From positions 25 through 64,024 of the forward strand of contig JAKASS010000004.1 of the NCBI GenBank assembly GCA_021818905.1: 64,000 bases of DNA. The letters are read 5' to 3'. The position numbers were made by a program, and so were the translations under genes. The notes beneath the pieces were generated by a model. That model was not told where the DNA came from. It saw only the letters and a program-made list of their open reading frames with translations, and made no database searches. This DNA is from Nanobdellota archaeon (lineage in GTDB: Archaea; Nanobdellota; Nanobdellia; Parvarchaeales; Parvarchaeaceae). Positions 30,577 through 39,697 of the stretch are shown here, in pieces (positions within the stretch are counted from its first letter, which is position 1; each line of letters starts with the position of its first letter).

Positions 30577-32798
30577 AGATTAAATGCCTTTACTATTCTG
30601 CTGCCTTCTGGTGGCTTGCCTGATTCCTCCTTCAACTTGTTTACTATGTCATAATATTGGTCTATGGCGAGCGAAGTAAACTTAGCTTCTAGGATAGATT
30701 TGTCGTTCGTCTTATCTGAATAATCAGAGATCATCTGTAGGATGTCTCCTCTCGCTTGTATGTTGTCCAAAACGGCGTCCCAGTTTCCTGCCCAGCCTTC
30801 AACATTGGATGCGATTTCTTTTACTACATAGCTATTCCCTTCGAGGAGGTCGTTTGTAGGGACGAGCATATCAGTATTTATATCGTACTTTACAAGGTCT
30901 ACAAAACCGTTCTCATATTTAGGGTCTTCGTTCCAGTCCTTTCTTACTTCAGTTATGTTTAATATGCGTCTTTTCTCGCTAAGCCGGTCCATGCTCTTTA
31001 TCTTGTTCGCGGAGATTATCAAGTCTGTAGCCTTGAAGCTTGTCCTCGGTACGCCAAGATCGTTCACAACCCTGTCGAAAACGCCGTAAGGATTGTCGCC
31101 GTGTATTGTGCCCATAACTACATTTGAAAGAGCCCCTACACGCATAGCTTCATAAAGGGCCTTAGCCTCCGTGCTTCTTACCTCGCCTACTATCAGGGAG
31201 CTGTCGCCGAGCCTAAGCGTTGTTCTTATACCTTCCTCTGCGGACATTTCTGATTTCTCGCCTATTATTGCGCTCTGCACTTTCATTGAAAGCATGTCGT
31301 ACCCTAATTCAGTAAATGAGTCCGTCGGTATCTCAAGGGTGTCCTCTACAGTTATTACCCTGTATTTTTTCATCAGCAAAAGCATGAGCGCAGTAAGGAA
31401 AGAAGTCTTACCCGAACCCCTAGTACCACTTATAAGAACGGTCCTAGCTCCTTCTACGCAAAACCATAGCAAGCCCGCGGCAAATGGCGATATCATCTTG
31501 TTGTTTACGAACAATGGAATGGTCCATGGAGCTTCCCTATGCCTTCTGAATGCTATACTAAGCCCCCCCGGCGACAATGGTCTCTGCACTATGGCGACTC
31601 TAGCACGGATGTTTTCCGTCGTCAACTCGGTATCAAGGACCGGGTGTCCCTCGTCCAGAGATCTTCCGGATACAAGTCTAAACCTAGAAGCCCATGCATC
31701 GACTTCCTTTGCATTAGGGATGATGTTTGTTGAACACTCGCCATAAGTTATGTGCTTGACAAAAAGCGGCGACTTGCTTATCGGGGCATTTATATAAACG
31801 TCTTCCACTTTCGAATCCGAAAGTATGACTTCGGTCATCCCGAAACCTACGGTAAGCCTTACCAGTATCTTGGAAAGTTTTTCTATGTCCTTGAACCCTA
31901 GATTATATCTGTTCTTTTCGTTTATTTCGCTGACCATGTCCTTTCCTATGTTGAAGAATATTTCGCGCATCCTTATCGGGTCTGTGAATTCAGCTTCTTG
32001 TGGTTTGTAGTCTATCAGGGCGGTCCTCACTTGATCCAATATATTGTATTCATCCACATTCAGCAGAAGCTCCGGGGGCGCGAGATGGTAAAGATACTGA
32101 GAAACACCGGGCAGACGGTATATAGTGACTTCTGTATTATCGGAATCGCTGAGCTGGTAAGTTTCAACTTCTATCGCCGATAAAGGCGGCTCGGCCATTA
32201 TCCTGGTGTAAGTGAAATTTGGCCTTATTTGGGGCTTAAGCAAAGCCTTGTACGGCGACCTATCACCGATTTTGTAACCTAGAATGAACTGCGTGCTTTT
32301 TTGTACTACGGCAAGCGAACTTATGGTGTTCATAAGAGAATCAAATCTTGTTATAAATGCTGTAAGGCTTGGCGAAGGGTTGTTCTTTGCCCTGGCTTTT
32401 ATCTCCCTCTCTGCCCTTACTCCAAATACGTAAGCGCCTACCGGGTCTCTTTTGATCCTGTCAAATAAAATGTAATTAAAGAGAGATATATCGTCTGCCA
32501 AAGTCCGCTGCGTCTCTTCATCGAATGGCCCCGCTATTTCTGACTGGAACAGCGCTTTGTAATGGCCAGCAAGGTCGTTGAACAGGTCGACTGCGTCCTT
32601 TGTATAGATATAATTTCTATCACTTACGATTACTAGAGAAGTCACGCTGCCGGATTCTAATATCGCATTTACTATCTTTTCAAATATCTCCTCGTTGTCT
32701 TCCGGGTTTGGGTAAAGGACATTCAACGGAACTTTATAAGTTAATACGATCTCGCCTTCTTCTCTAGAAACGGTATAATCCTTCCCCTTTGCTTCCAT
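30555..32798 (-). CDS. Type II/IV secretion-system ATPase (FlaI/PilB/VirB11/GspE family) with long N-terminal extension
   Basis: 747 aa. Walker A 'GTRGSGKTSFLTAL', Asp box/Walker B 'DSSLIVGEVRSTEA' and His box 'GTIHGD'. It is ~200 aa longer than typical FlaI. Confidence 0.85.
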   Translation of the reverse strand: MEAKGKDYTVSREEGEIVLTYKVPLNVLYPNPEDNEEIFEKIVNAILESGSVTSLVIVSDRNYIYTKDAVDLFNDLAGHYKALFQSEIAGPFDEETQRTLADDISLFNYILFDRIKRDPVGAYVFGVRAEREIKARAKNNPSPSLTAFITRFDSLMNTISSLAVVQKSTQFILGYKIGDRSPYKALLKPQIRPNFTYTRIMAEPPLSAIEVETYQLSDSDNTEVTIYRLPGVSQYLYHLAPPELLLNVDEYNILDQVRTALIDYKPQEAEFTDPIRMREIFFNIGKDMVSEINEKNRYNLGFKDIEKLSKILVRLTVGFGMTEVILSDSKVEDVYINAPISKSPLFVKHITYGECSTNIIPNAKEVDAWASRFRLVSGRSLDEGHPVLDTELTTENIRARVAIVQRPLSPGGLSIAFRRHREAPWTIPLFVNNKMISPFAAGLLWFCVEGARTVLISGTRGSGKTSFLTALMLLLMKKYRVITVEDTLEIPTDSFTELGYDMLSMKVQSAIIGEKSEMSAEEGIRTTLRLGDSSLIVGEVRSTEAKALYEAMRVGALSNVVMGTIHGDNPYGVFDRVVNDLGVPRTSFKATDLIISANKIKSMDRLSEKRRILNITEVRKDWNEDPKYENGFVDLVKYDINTDMLVPTNDLLEGNSYVVKEIASNVEGWAGNWDAVLDNIQARGDILQMISDYSDKTNDKSILEAKFTSLAIDQYYDIVNKLKEESGKPPEGSRIVKAFNLWMKGRK

Positions 32799-32862
32799 AT
32801 CAATCTAAGCCCAAAATTCGCGCTTTATATTCATTCTATTAGATTTTAATAATAAATATACT

Positions 32863-35304
32863 TCAAAACGGTGTAGCTCTACGTCGCGACCTTGTTTTTC
32901 GCCTATGCTTCAGCTCCTCGTATGCCCCGAATAATACAAGAATCACGCTTATTACGCCTATTATCAGGTATATCTGATAAATAAAGGGCGTTATATTAAG
33001 AGTCTGAGTTGAACCAGACAGGCCTTGGTATTCATAATCGCTTCCATAAGCGCTGACGGAGATATTATAGCCAGAATCTGGTACATCTACGAAAGTTACC
33101 ACCCCTGCGATGCCAGTCGAATTTTTCAGGGAAAGATTGTCATAAGCGAATGTTACGCCCGCTGAAATTATAGGGATCCCAAGGTACAAATCCAGTGAAA
33201 TGCTAATGTTAGAAACTGGCAGGGTTATATTCTGACTGCTATTTGAAGGCGAAAGATAAACCGGGGATTTTAAAACGTTGAAACCATTGCCAGCCAGCAC
33301 TATCTTTTGTATGGAAAAGTCGCTATCCGACTGTGCCCACACGGTATTGTTGTAAAATGCGCTGTTCGCACCTGTAGTCCTTATAGAAATCTCTGTCGCT
33401 GAAACGGCCCTCTGGTCAGAAGAAAGTAGATTGATGTAATATTTTGATTGTTCAACGAATTGAACTGTTATTGATCGTGCGACAAGCTGGCTTGCGTTGT
33501 ATGATATGTATCTAGAATTACCTACATAATACGGACTCCCGCTATAATTAATAACGGTATCCGGTATGCTCAATATGTCTCCTCCGTTCTTAACCTCGGA
33601 AAGATACGTTGATGTCGTATTTGAGAGAGGCACGTAATAAAGATATGACACCAAAAGATTTGCCCCCGCGGGGGCGCCAGCCAAGCTGAAAGTTGTAAAC
33701 GTTCCCTTGTTCCAAACAAAGGTCAAATTAAGCGGCGCGTCTACCGCCAAAGACCCCGAGGCCCGATAAATCGTTGGACCGTTGTCCACGCTATAGCCTG
33801 AAAGGGAATAGCTTTTATTCTCATAGGTCAGATTCAGGAGCGATGAGACCTGTAAAGTGCTGCCTTCGTTTAAAAATTCACTTGTATTAGTGTAGCCGCC
33901 AACATCGAATTCATTAACTTTATATTGGGTGTTAAAGTCTGCTGTTACTGTCCCAGAACTAGTTACTGAAAAACTTGTTGGGTCACTTGTTGAATTGACT
34001 TCTCCAGAAAACGACGCAAATACGTATCTAGTAGTAGAACTTGAGTTTACGGCGCTATATACTCTTAAGGATACCGTCTCGCCAAAACTAAAGTTTACTG
34101 CGGTCGAAGAGGTATAATTAATCCCATTTATGTTGAAAACCGTACCTTGCGAATCAGAGGTAAAGTATATTTGATAAGCCGTTTTTGACAAGACCTGCAC
34201 AAGTTCGTACGCCTTTGGAGTACCTATACCTGTTACCATGTTGTAACTACCATTTGCCGAATAAACGTCGTTGCTGCCACCGTCTATAAAATTGAATGTA
34301 AGACTTCCCTCATCGTAGTAAGCTGAATATAAACTATCCAAAGAAAGCGCTCCGATGCCCCCAGATTCTTGATTGACGAGCGCATCCAGGGCTGCCCATG
34401 CCGGCGCGGCTATGCTCGTACCGTAATAAGCGCCCCATCTAGAATCTACATAAGCGCATATTTGTGTGCCTGCATTAAAAGAAACGTCCGGAATCATCCT
34501 ATTTGAACTTAAATCGGGCTGCGCTGCCGGCCTGGGAAAGAATTTACTTTCTCCGCCGCCGCTCCCGTTCCATGCCGTCTCGCCTTGATAATCGCCATTG
34601 CTTCCGACAGACAAAACGGTGCCGCCGACCCCTATTACATACGGACTAGACGCAGGAAAGTTCACATTGGGAGTATTAAGCCCATTATAAGCGCCGGTAT
34701 CTCCGGATGCCGCAAATACAGATATTCTCCTTTGAGATGCCGCTGCGAAAACGCCATCTAACTGATTTATTTGAGCGGAACTGTAGGGTGCTTCTGAAGA
34801 ACCCCAGCTTAAAGATATCGTTCCGACTGGAAGATTGTAGACAGTATAATTTATAGCATTGAAAAGCCATGATTCATTTGGGGCTATAACCAAATATATG
34901 TTCGCGCCAGTCGCAAGAGAATGCGCGACTTCCACGTCTAAAGCCGTTTCGGAAGTCCAATTCTTGGATTGATCATTCGGCTGGCCAAATGGATATACGA
35001 GGAAGAGGTTTGAGCCGTTGGTCAATGCCGGGAGACCATATTCGGAATCAAACGCGTTCACATCTGACAGCAGGTTCGGGTCGCCATCAGCAACGACTAT
35101 CGCAATGCTCTCCCCTTTTCCAGTTGTGCCCTGTGAATACAGCGAAGTAAAACCATAAGCAGTTTGTATCTGAGAAGGGGTTAGGTCGCTGCAAATACCG
35201 CCCTGCAATGGTGCGTAAGCCATGTTTAGGTTGATTGCTGCGTGCGAAGTCCCGAAAGATAATGCCAATAAGACAAAAATCAAAACTAAAAGCGTTTTCC
35301 CCAT
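32863..35304 (-). CDS. Secreted, membrane-anchored S53 (sedolisin-family) serine peptidase with large C-terminal extension
   Basis: 813 aa. N-terminal signal peptide. Catalytic residues fit Glu/Asp 'LDVEVAHSLA', 'AASGDTGAY' and the Ser motif 'GTSIAAPAWAA', as in sedolisins. A C-terminal TM helix is followed by a basic tail 'KHRRKTRSRRRATPF'. Confidence 0.65.
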   Translation of the reverse strand: MGKTLLVLIFVLLALSFGTSHAAINLNMAYAPLQGGICSDLTPSQIQTAYGFTSLYSQGTTGKGESIAIVVADGDPNLLSDVNAFDSEYGLPALTNGSNLFLVYPFGQPNDQSKNWTSETALDVEVAHSLATGANIYLVIAPNESWLFNAINYTVYNLPVGTISLSWGSSEAPYSSAQINQLDGVFAAASQRRISVFAASGDTGAYNGLNTPNVNFPASSPYVIGVGGTVLSVGSNGDYQGETAWNGSGGGESKFFPRPAAQPDLSSNRMIPDVSFNAGTQICAYVDSRWGAYYGTSIAAPAWAALDALVNQESGGIGALSLDSLYSAYYDEGSLTFNFIDGGSNDVYSANGSYNMVTGIGTPKAYELVQVLSKTAYQIYFTSDSQGTVFNINGINYTSSTAVNFSFGETVSLRVYSAVNSSSTTRYVFASFSGEVNSTSDPTSFSVTSSGTVTADFNTQYKVNEFDVGGYTNTSEFLNEGSTLQVSSLLNLTYENKSYSLSGYSVDNGPTIYRASGSLAVDAPLNLTFVWNKGTFTTFSLAGAPAGANLLVSYLYYVPLSNTTSTYLSEVKNGGDILSIPDTVINYSGSPYYVGNSRYISYNASQLVARSITVQFVEQSKYYINLLSSDQRAVSATEISIRTTGANSAFYNNTVWAQSDSDFSIQKIVLAGNGFNVLKSPVYLSPSNSSQNITLPVSNISISLDLYLGIPIISAGVTFAYDNLSLKNSTGIAGVVTFVDVPDSGYNISVSAYGSDYEYQGLSGSTQTLNITPFIYQIYLIIGVISVILVLFGAYEELKHRRKTRSRRRATPF

Positions 35305-35396
35305 AAAAACATAAAGTATCGCCGCTTTAAATTATGTCGTTTTGTCGGATAAAGTATCTAGAAAAAGTTAAATACTATACATTTTAATATAACTGA

Positions 35397-35690
35397 ATGA
35401 AATTACCAGCGCAGGTAAAAAGGTACTGCCCATATTGTAAGATGCATACTATACAGAAAGTAATACAAATCAAAGGCGGCCAAAGAGGTACGCTTACTGC
35501 GGGAAGCAGAAGAAAGGGATGGAATCTAAATCACGGATACGGGTCCACTCCGTACCCCATGTTTGAGCACGCAAAGCGTCTTGGCATAAAGCAATCCAAA
35601 AGATACGATTTAAGATATAAATGCACTAAATGCAATAAAATGACTACTCAATCTAGGGGCAATAAAGCCAAGAAACTTGAGATAAAATAA
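35397..35690 (+). CDS. rpl44e: Ribosomal protein L44e (eL42)
   Basis: 97 aa. The two CxxC pairs 'CPYCKMH...CTKCNK' and overall similarity to archaeal L44e. Followed by S27e, as in the conserved archaeal operon. Confidence 0.85.
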   Translation: MKLPAQVKRYCPYCKMHTIQKVIQIKGGQRGTLTAGSRRKGWNLNHGYGSTPYPMFEHAKRLGIKQSKRYDLRYKCTKCNKMTTQSRGNKAKKLEIK

Positions 35691-35693
35691 ATT

Positions 35694-35885
35694 ATGGATG
35701 AGATAATATTCAAACAGACAGAAAGCAACTTCGTCAAAGTAAGGTGCCAGAAGTGCAAGAACGAACAGGTCATCTTCACCAAGCCGGCTTCTACTGTAAA
35801 ATGCTTGGTCTGCGAGGAAGTTCTAGCAAAATCGACTGGCGGAAAAGCGAATATAGTCGCAGAAGTTATAGAGAATTATTCCTAA
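35694..35885 (+). CDS. rps27e: Ribosomal protein S27e
   Basis: 63 aa. The C4 zinc finger 'VRCQKCKNEQVIF...VKCLVCEEVLAKSTGGKA' matches S27e. Confidence 0.85.
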   Translation: MDEIIFKQTESNFVKVRCQKCKNEQVIFTKPASTVKCLVCEEVLAKSTGGKANIVAEVIENYS

Positions 35886-35913
35886 TAAACCGCGGCCACG
35901 AATGCCCGTTAAT

Positions 35914-36342
35914 TTATAAAATTGCGACCATTGGACCGTCGTAGACCATATTTATTTTATCGGTTTTAACATCATATAGGGCTAGGCCGGTGTGCTCTAT
36001 TCTGTGATGCTCCAGATTTGGGTCTATGATGAACCCTCTAGCGTCACCTTCATATTCGACTAAATCCTTGCGTCGCGCATCAAATACCGTTTGTATACTC
36101 CAAGTAGATCTGTTTCTTTGCACGAAAGAAAGGTTTGCATACCTAAGGGCAGGCACATACGCGGTTATTCTAGGGTCATTGGGGCCATAAGCCAAGAATC
36201 TCGGGGTTTCCATGCGTATCTCTCCCGGTCCTAAGATAGCTTCCATCCTGCCTTTCCAAGTAGCTTTGAGTTCCCTTATCCGGTCAGTTTCTACGCCCAA
36301 GCGTTCTGCCAAACCGGAAAGCAATGAATTTTTTAATTGCAT
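35914..36342 (-). CDS. Hypothetical protein
   Basis: 142-aa ORF with no recognised motif. Confidence 0.35.
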   Translation of the reverse strand: MQLKNSLLSGLAERLGVETDRIRELKATWKGRMEAILGPGEIRMETPRFLAYGPNDPRITAYVPALRYANLSFVQRNRSTWSIQTVFDARRKDLVEYEGDARGFIIDPNLEHHRIEHTGLALYDVKTDKINMVYDGPMVAIL

Positions 36343-36395
36343 TCTATATTTAGAACGATAAAGTATTAAAACCTTTAAAGGTATAAATTACCGCT

Positions 36396-36950
36396 TTGAC
36401 AAGAATATTTATGGACGCATACGAAGCGATGAAAAACAGGCAAACGACATATTCATTTTCTAATAAACCGCTCAAAGAGGACGTAGTCATAAAATTATTG
36501 GATGCCGGCAGACTTGCCCCGGCGGCCGGTGGCATACACGAATGCGAATTTGTAGTGGTTACCGAACAACCAAAGAAAGACGAACTAAGCAAGATATGCC
36601 TCACTCCTATGATAAATACGGCGCCATTCATCGTCGTTGTTTTATGCAACCCACAAAAACTTAGAGCCACCTTCGGAGATGAAGGTGATGTCTACTGCGT
36701 AGAGAACGCTGCGCTGATCATAGAGAATGTAATTTTATACGCAGCCGAACTTGGGATAGGAAGTGCCTGGATTGCTACCGTGCAACAGGAAGAAGTCAAA
36801 AAACTTTTACAGATACCAGAAAATTATGTCGTAAGGGGCATAATCCCGGTAGGTTATCCTTCAAAGGAAGGTTTGAATTCTACTCCAGCTATGCTGCCGA
36901 GACTCGAAGAGATAACCCATATAGAAAGCTTTAATAACAAGCCGGCATAA
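36396..36950 (+). CDS. Nitroreductase-family flavoprotein
   Basis: 184 aa with an FMN-dependent nitroreductase-like fold pattern ('RQTTYSF...', 'ENAALIIENVILYAAELGIGSAWI'). Confidence 0.7.
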   Translation: MTRIFMDAYEAMKNRQTTYSFSNKPLKEDVVIKLLDAGRLAPAAGGIHECEFVVVTEQPKKDELSKICLTPMINTAPFIVVVLCNPQKLRATFGDEGDVYCVENAALIIENVILYAAELGIGSAWIATVQQEEVKKLLQIPENYVVRGIIPVGYPSKEGLNSTPAMLPRLEEITHIESFNNKPA

Positions 36951-36962
36951 TAAATAAAGATT

Positions 36963-37127
36963 ATGTTCAACAAAAAAGGCCAGGCAAGAATGCCCTCATC
37001 ATTTGGTGGGTTGGTGCAGTATTACTCTGAATACAAAAGCAAGATAACTTTGAAGCCAGAGTATGTAATAGTGTTAGGGATCGTCCTAGTCACTATAGTA
37101 GTTGTCTTAGAAGCAGCATTTGGATAA
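36963..37127 (+). CDS. secG: Preprotein translocase Sec61 beta subunit (archaeal SecG/Sec61beta family)
   Basis: 54 aa, not in the ORF track. 'MFNKKGQARMPSSFGGLVQYYSEYKSKITLKPEYVIVLGIVLVTIVVVLEAAFG' matches the archaeal Sec61beta pattern: a 'GL(V/I)RYY(D/S)E' box plus a single C-terminal TM helix. Confidence 0.65.
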   Translation: MFNKKGQARMPSSFGGLVQYYSEYKSKITLKPEYVIVLGIVLVTIVVVLEAAFG

Positions 37128-37255
37128 ACAAAAAATAAAAGATGGCTTTTATGTCCGAGTACTCACAAAAACCATCTTTTAATTTAATAATTAAATTGAA
37201 TTTTATCTATTAAAAAACTCTCTGGAAACTATTGGAAACTATCCTTAGCTCATTT

Positions 37256-37585
37256 TTAAGGTTTTTTCGATAGAAACGTTTCTAAATCCTCTCCGTCGGT
37301 TTTTGAAACTATGCTTTGAGGAGACATTACCCTCGTTACATTTCTTCCGAAGTCGACTACAAGCATAAAAGGAAATCCTTCGTAATTTTTGTCTTCGTAG
37401 CCGTAATAATAAAATCTGTCTCTACTCGTGGATTTTATCTGAAAGAATATGCAATGCCCGTTCTTGAATGCTATAAGGTCATATTCTCCGAGGCTGCCGC
37501 CTGCTCTAATCACTTTCCAGCCGCGTTCAATCAGAATAAGTTTTACTTTTCTTTCTATTCTATAGCCCTTTACTTTATTTAGCAT
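37256..37585 (-). CDS. hjc: Holliday junction resolvase Hjc-like (archaeal nuclease fold)
   Basis: 109 aa. 'GYRIERKVKLILIERGWKVIRAGGS...YDLIAF...FFQIKST' follows the Hjc pattern of E...GS..D...E.K catalytic residues. Confidence 0.55.
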   Translation of the reverse strand: MLNKVKGYRIERKVKLILIERGWKVIRAGGSLGEYDLIAFKNGHCIFFQIKSTSRDRFYYYGYEDKNYEGFPFMLVVDFGRNVTRVMSPQSIVSKTDGEDLETFLSKKP

Positions 37586-37586
37586 G

Positions 37587-38555
37587 CTAAATTCTTTTTA
37601 TTTTGTTGGTCTTGCCTAGAGATTGAAGTCTAATTAGCCTGAACCTAGAAAGCTTTGAAAGTATCTTGCTCATCTTAGATTTGGAGAAACCGCTCGCTGC
37701 TATAAGGTCTTTTTGCGCGGTAGATTTACCCGGCTTTATCATCTTAAGAACTTTGCTTTCATCGTCATTCAATAATTTTATAAACGGATTTAGTCTTTTT
37801 GGGGACACAGCTGGCACGGTGGACCAATGTTTAGATCTCATCAATATTATCAAAGCTATAATTATTCCTATTACGACTATGCCCGCAATAAAATACGAAG
37901 TAGCCGGTTGAGATGCCGGCGCAGGAAAACTTGCCGAATATGAAACCGTGAAGAACCATTCGCCGGGCGTGTTGAAAGAGGCCCAACTAACTTCCTTGTT
38001 ATTGCCTGTTAAGTTTGATACTGCATATTTAGGATTGTACGATATTAAACCGGCGCCCGAAGGTAATACTATAATCGTTCTAAGCAGTGTCGGGCTAAAG
38101 GCTATGAATGTAAACGTCGAATTAAACTGTGAACTCTCGGTATAACTTGTCGTAAATGAATAAGATAATGTAAAAATGTCTGCGCTATTTACGTTGGGTA
38201 TTTCAAGTATGGTACAAGTTCGGGATAAATTTAGCGTCGTACATTGAGAGGATGGTATCTCGCTGAAAGTATAAGGCTGACCAGTCAGGAACAATTTTAT
38301 GTCTGCTGCATAATCTGGCAGCGTCAGGTTTATTTCCCCGCTTCCATTGTAATTAAACGTATATTCCACGCTGGAGGTAGCCGATGTTTGGGATTGCTGT
38401 GTTATTGTATTTGTTATGTTTACGTAAGCTACTCCTGCGCCACTGACCCCTGCCGGTAAACTAGAAGCGAATGAATTTTCTACGCTCCCGTGACTTAAGC
38501 CTAGAAAAAGAAAAAGCGACGCTATTACAACGAAAATAATCACTCGGGTTTTCAT
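37587..38555 (-). CDS. Membrane-anchored protein with extracytoplasmic Ser/Thr-rich domain and C-terminal cytoplasmic winged-helix (MarR/TrmB-like) domain
   Basis: 322 aa. Signal peptide, then ~210 aa of S/T/N-rich sequence, one TM helix 'YFIAGIVVIGIIIALIILM', then 'DESKVLKMIKPGKSTAQKDLIAASGFSKSKMSKILSKLSRFRLIRL', which reads as an HTH. Confidence 0.5.
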   Translation of the reverse strand: MKTRVIIFVVIASLFLFLGLSHGSVENSFASSLPAGVSGAGVAYVNITNTITQQSQTSATSSVEYTFNYNGSGEINLTLPDYAADIKLFLTGQPYTFSEIPSSQCTTLNLSRTCTILEIPNVNSADIFTLSYSFTTSYTESSQFNSTFTFIAFSPTLLRTIIVLPSGAGLISYNPKYAVSNLTGNNKEVSWASFNTPGEWFFTVSYSASFPAPASQPATSYFIAGIVVIGIIIALIILMRSKHWSTVPAVSPKRLNPFIKLLNDDESKVLKMIKPGKSTAQKDLIAASGFSKSKMSKILSKLSRFRLIRLQSLGKTNKIKRI

Positions 38556-38625
38556 ACGTTATTATACAAAACGTTGATATAAATGTGTTTTTGGTGGCTG
38601 CTATAATAGAACTAGCTATTCACAA

Positions 38626-39543
38626 CTATGTCAAAGGGTTATGGCTCTGTAGAAATCCTATGATAATAATATAAGCAAGCTGTATGAATCGCCGGATGTC
38701 GTAGATTACGTCGATCACCTTCACTTCCTTTATCTTGTTCCAATGCAGCCTGCTGCCCAAGGTGGAGCCGAACTTCCTCTTCTCCACGGAGTTGACAGTC
38801 TCCACAAGGCTTCGTTTGTGGTACTCGTCGAGTGGAAAGTCCGTCTTCATCAGCTTTCTCCATCTTCCCCTGGTCTTCCATACGGGAACGTCTTCATTCC
38901 TTGCAGGAATGATAGATCCTGCGTGGAGCTTCTCCCTTGAAAATTGGTGATTTCTCTCCGGATCGTATCCTTTATCGGCCAGTATCCTATCGATCTTTAC
39001 TATTTCAGCGGCTTTCTTCATGAGTGGTCTGAAGGTCTTATTGTCGCTTTCATATCTTCGGTTGGAGGAAGAAGCGGCTATCGCTTTCGTCTTCGGGTCT
39101 ACGACGATGGAATGCTTGGTAAACTCACTTATACGCCGTTCTTCGCCTATTCTCCACAAGTAATGGTAGGAAGCATTGCGTTCGTCGTATCCGGTGGAGT
39201 CTATCGCTGCGTCCATCCTTCCTATCCCGAACAGTCCGAACGCCAAGGACAGCATCGCATCCCATACTCGCATCGGTATCCGTTTGAAGAACTTCTGCAG
39301 TGTCGTATAATGGGGGACATTATCGAAGTCAAACAACCCTTTAAGCTCTTCCAGCTCGTCTACGACGTCCCGATAAGGCTTTCTCTCGTGTCTCATCAGG
39401 CAGATGCAGGCTGCCAGCTGTGGCTGCGTGTACGTCTTCTTGGAGAACTTGTTCGAGAAGGGCGACAACGCTCTCCCCGCTACGCCCAATACGATGGACG
39501 CAAATCTTTTATAGTAAGACTCCCTTCTCTTTTTCATAAGCAC
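38626..39543 (-). CDS. IS4/IS5-family DDE transposase (of IS-A)
   Basis: 305 aa. DDE-like blocks 'DSTGYDERN', 'ADKGYD' and 'RSLVETVNSVEKRKFG'. The ORF's 3' end runs through the left IR. Confidence 0.75.
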   Translation of the reverse strand: MLMKKRRESYYKRFASIVLGVAGRALSPFSNKFSKKTYTQPQLAACICLMRHERKPYRDVVDELEELKGLFDFDNVPHYTTLQKFFKRIPMRVWDAMLSLAFGLFGIGRMDAAIDSTGYDERNASYHYLWRIGEERRISEFTKHSIVVDPKTKAIAASSSNRRYESDNKTFRPLMKKAAEIVKIDRILADKGYDPERNHQFSREKLHAGSIIPARNEDVPVWKTRGRWRKLMKTDFPLDEYHKRSLVETVNSVEKRKFGSTLGSRLHWNKIKEVKVIDVIYDIRRFIQLAYIIIIGFLQSHNPLT

Positions 39544-39608
39544 CTCTTTTTTGTTTATTTCCTATAATCATCAAGGAGGTGCTTACTTTAGAGGATTTCT
39601 ACAGAGCC
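38643..39608. mobile_element. Insertion sequence (IS-A), ~966 bp, IS4/IS5-like DDE transposase, 16-17 bp perfect terminal inverted repeats GGCTCTGTAGAAATCC(T)
   Basis: Left IR 38643-38658 'ggctctgtagaaatcc'. Right IR 39593-39608 'ggatttctacagagcc'. Transposase ORF inside. The left-end 58 bp recur identically at 63943-64000. Confidence 0.75.
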
Positions 39609-39697
39609 CAAAAAATATATTCCGTTGCATAACTCAGTGATGACCTTATAGCTCATCATAGTGATCCTCCTTTCTTTGCGTCGTCGACGCGTCTGCA

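Noticed and set aside
36350-36670. 106-aa minus-strand ORF
   Set aside because: Entirely antisense to the well-supported nitroreductase gene 36396-36950.
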